A stretch of DNA of 64,000 nt from an uncultured delta proteobacterium (GTDB taxonomy: Bacteria > Desulfobacterota > Binatia > UBA9968). The stretch covers positions 416,001 to 480,000 of the forward strand of contig CAWFJP010000029.1 of the NCBI GenBank assembly GCA_963816145.1, read 5' to 3'. The notes under the pieces were generated by a model. The model searched no databases, had not been told where the DNA came from, and saw only the letters and a list, made by a program, of their open reading frames with translations. The translations under genes and the position numbers were made by a program. Each line of letters begins with the position of its first letter. Position 1 is the first letter of the stretch. This document shows positions 62,640 through 64,000 of this stretch, piece by piece.

Positions 62640-63836
62640 TTAGCTAAGCTTCGCTACTGCGTCGCTAACGCGCTTGCAACCCTTCTCAATATCTGCCAGC
62701 GAGGTCGCATAGGAAAACCGGATATGCTGTTGCGAGCCGAAGTCTTCTCCTGGTACGCCGGCAACCTTGGCTTCGTCGAGCAGGTAATCGGCGACATCGC
62801 AGGGCGAACTTAGCTTCTTGCCATTGGCAGATTTACCGATCAGGCCGGCGATGTTGGGGAATACGTAAAATGCCCCTTCCGGTTTAAGACAGTGAAAGCC
62901 CGGAATCGCATTGAGGCGCTCGACGATTACGTCCCGCCGCTTGTGGAACTCGCGGACCATCATCGTGACCGATTCCTGCGGGCCGCGCACCGCTTCCAAT
63001 GCCGCCCACTGGGCGATGGAGGTTGGGTTCGAGGTGCTCTGACTTTGAATTTTCCCCGCTGCGGCGATGACGTCGCTCGCGCCCATCGCGTAACCGATAC
63101 GCCAACCAGTCATGGCGTAGGTTTTCGAAACGCCGTTGATGATCAGTGTGCGCTCACGTAGATTGGGACAAAGCGCGACGAGGTTATGCACTTCAAAGCC
63201 GTCGTAAACGATTTTTTCGTAAATATCGTCGGCAAAAATCAGACAGGGGTGTTTTTCCAGAACCTTCCCAATTGCCAACAGCTCGTCCTTGCTGTAAGTC
63301 GCGCCGGTGGGATTGCACGGACTGTTCAAGAAAAAAACTTTTGTGCGCGCCGTAAGGCCGGCTTGCAGATGTTCGGGTTTGATGCGGAATCCTGTCGACT
63401 CGTCGGTGGGAATGAGCTTCGGCACGCCATTGGCCAGCATCGCCATGTCGGCGTAGCTGACCCAATAGGGCGCCGGGATCAACACTTCGTCGCCGGGATT
63501 GACCACCGCTTGGAGCAAATTATACAACGAGTGCTTGGCGCCGCAGCTGACCACGACGTCTTCCTTGCGGTAACTGAGGCCGTATTCTTTTTGATACTTT
63601 TGGACGATCGCCTCGCGCAACGGTTCGATGCCTTTGACGTCCGTGTACTTGGTCAGGCCTTTGCGCAGCGCTTCGATGGCCGCGTCCTTGATATGCTCCG
63701 GTGTGTCGAAATCCGGCTCGCCGGCGGAAAAATTGACGACATCGATGCCTTCCGCGCGCAGCTTGCCGGCTTTGGCGGCGATCGCCAAGGTTACCGAGGG
63801 TTTGATCAGTTTGGTGCGTTCTGCCAGTACCGTCAT
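62640..63836 (-). CDS. Class I PLP-dependent aminotransferase (aspartate aminotransferase-like)
   Basis: GEPDFDTP, PAPYWVSY, NSPCNPTG, DDIY, NGVSKTYAMTGWRIG. Confidence 0.92.
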   Translation of the reverse strand: MTVLAERTKLIKPSVTLAIAAKAGKLRAEGIDVVNFSAGEPDFDTPEHIKDAAIEALRKGLTKYTDVKGIEPLREAIVQKYQKEYGLSYRKEDVVVSCGAKHSLYNLLQAVVNPGDEVLIPAPYWVSYADMAMLANGVPKLIPTDESTGFRIKPEHLQAGLTARTKVFFLNSPCNPTGATYSKDELLAIGKVLEKHPCLIFADDIYEKIVYDGFEVHNLVALCPNLRERTLIINGVSKTYAMTGWRIGYAMGASDVIAAAGKIQSQSTSNPTSIAQWAALEAVRGPQESVTMMVREFHKRRDVIVERLNAIPGFHCLKPEGAFYVFPNIAGLIGKSANGKKLSSPCDVADYLLDEAKVAGVPGEDFGSQQHIRFSYATSLADIEKGCKRVSDAVAKLS

Positions 63837-63847
63837 GGCGAAATTCC

Positions 63848-64000
63848 TTAGGCGTTAAATTTCTCTTTGAGTTTCTTGAGCACATTATCCGGCACTAGGC
63901 CGGCGACGTTGCCGCCGAGGCTAACGACTTCTTTGACCAGCCGCGAGCTGGTGTAGAACTCCGACTCTCCGGTCATCATGAAAAAGGTTTCCAGCTTCGG
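63848..64000 (-). CDS. coaD: Phosphopantetheine adenylyltransferase, 3' end only
   Basis: Manual translation PKLETFFMMTGESEFYTSSRLVKEVVSLGGNVAGLVPDNV...*. Confidence 0.85.
   Translation of the reverse strand, partial: PKLETFFMMTGESEFYTSSRLVKEVVSLGGNVAGLVPDNVLKKLKEKFNA

Overview
Bacterial chromosomal window; the gene content and codon style suggest a deltaproteobacteria-like organism, possibly Binatia (taxonomy is inference only). 1-13.8 kb is a type 3 BREX anti-phage locus (brxC/DUF6079, pglXI, brxHII, pglZ, brxA) with an extra Schlafen/AlbA_2-HATPase-HTH gene inserted after brxC. It is followed by a 5'-truncated double-zinc-ribbon gene and a BrnT/BrnA toxin-antitoxin pair. 15-46 kb is metabolic and accessory: leuCD, a Liv-type ABC transporter, CoA-transferase, an ECF42-type sigma factor with its DGPF/VOC/beta-propeller/MoaD-like operon and a matching promoter, an IDH-family enzyme, chromate transporters, rnd, an HpaB-like oxygenase and hrpB. 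Its intergenic spaces carry several families of short tandem-repeat palindromes. 46-64 kb is housekeeping: rarA, ffh-rpsP-khpA-rimM-trmD(fused)-rplS, groESL, a DnaA-box cluster (oriC candidate), ldcA-hydrolase-mpl, folK, dapL, initiator tRNA-Met, an aminotransferase and the 3' end of coaD. About nine single-base frameshifts are present and look like long-read errors. Top leads: the Schlafen gene inside BREX-3, a small protein with a mitochondrial IF1-like helix fused to a Zn ribbon, the oriC candidate away from dnaA, and the beta-propeller/ubiquitin-like pair in the ECF42 operon. All family assignments come from motif recognition, not database searches.
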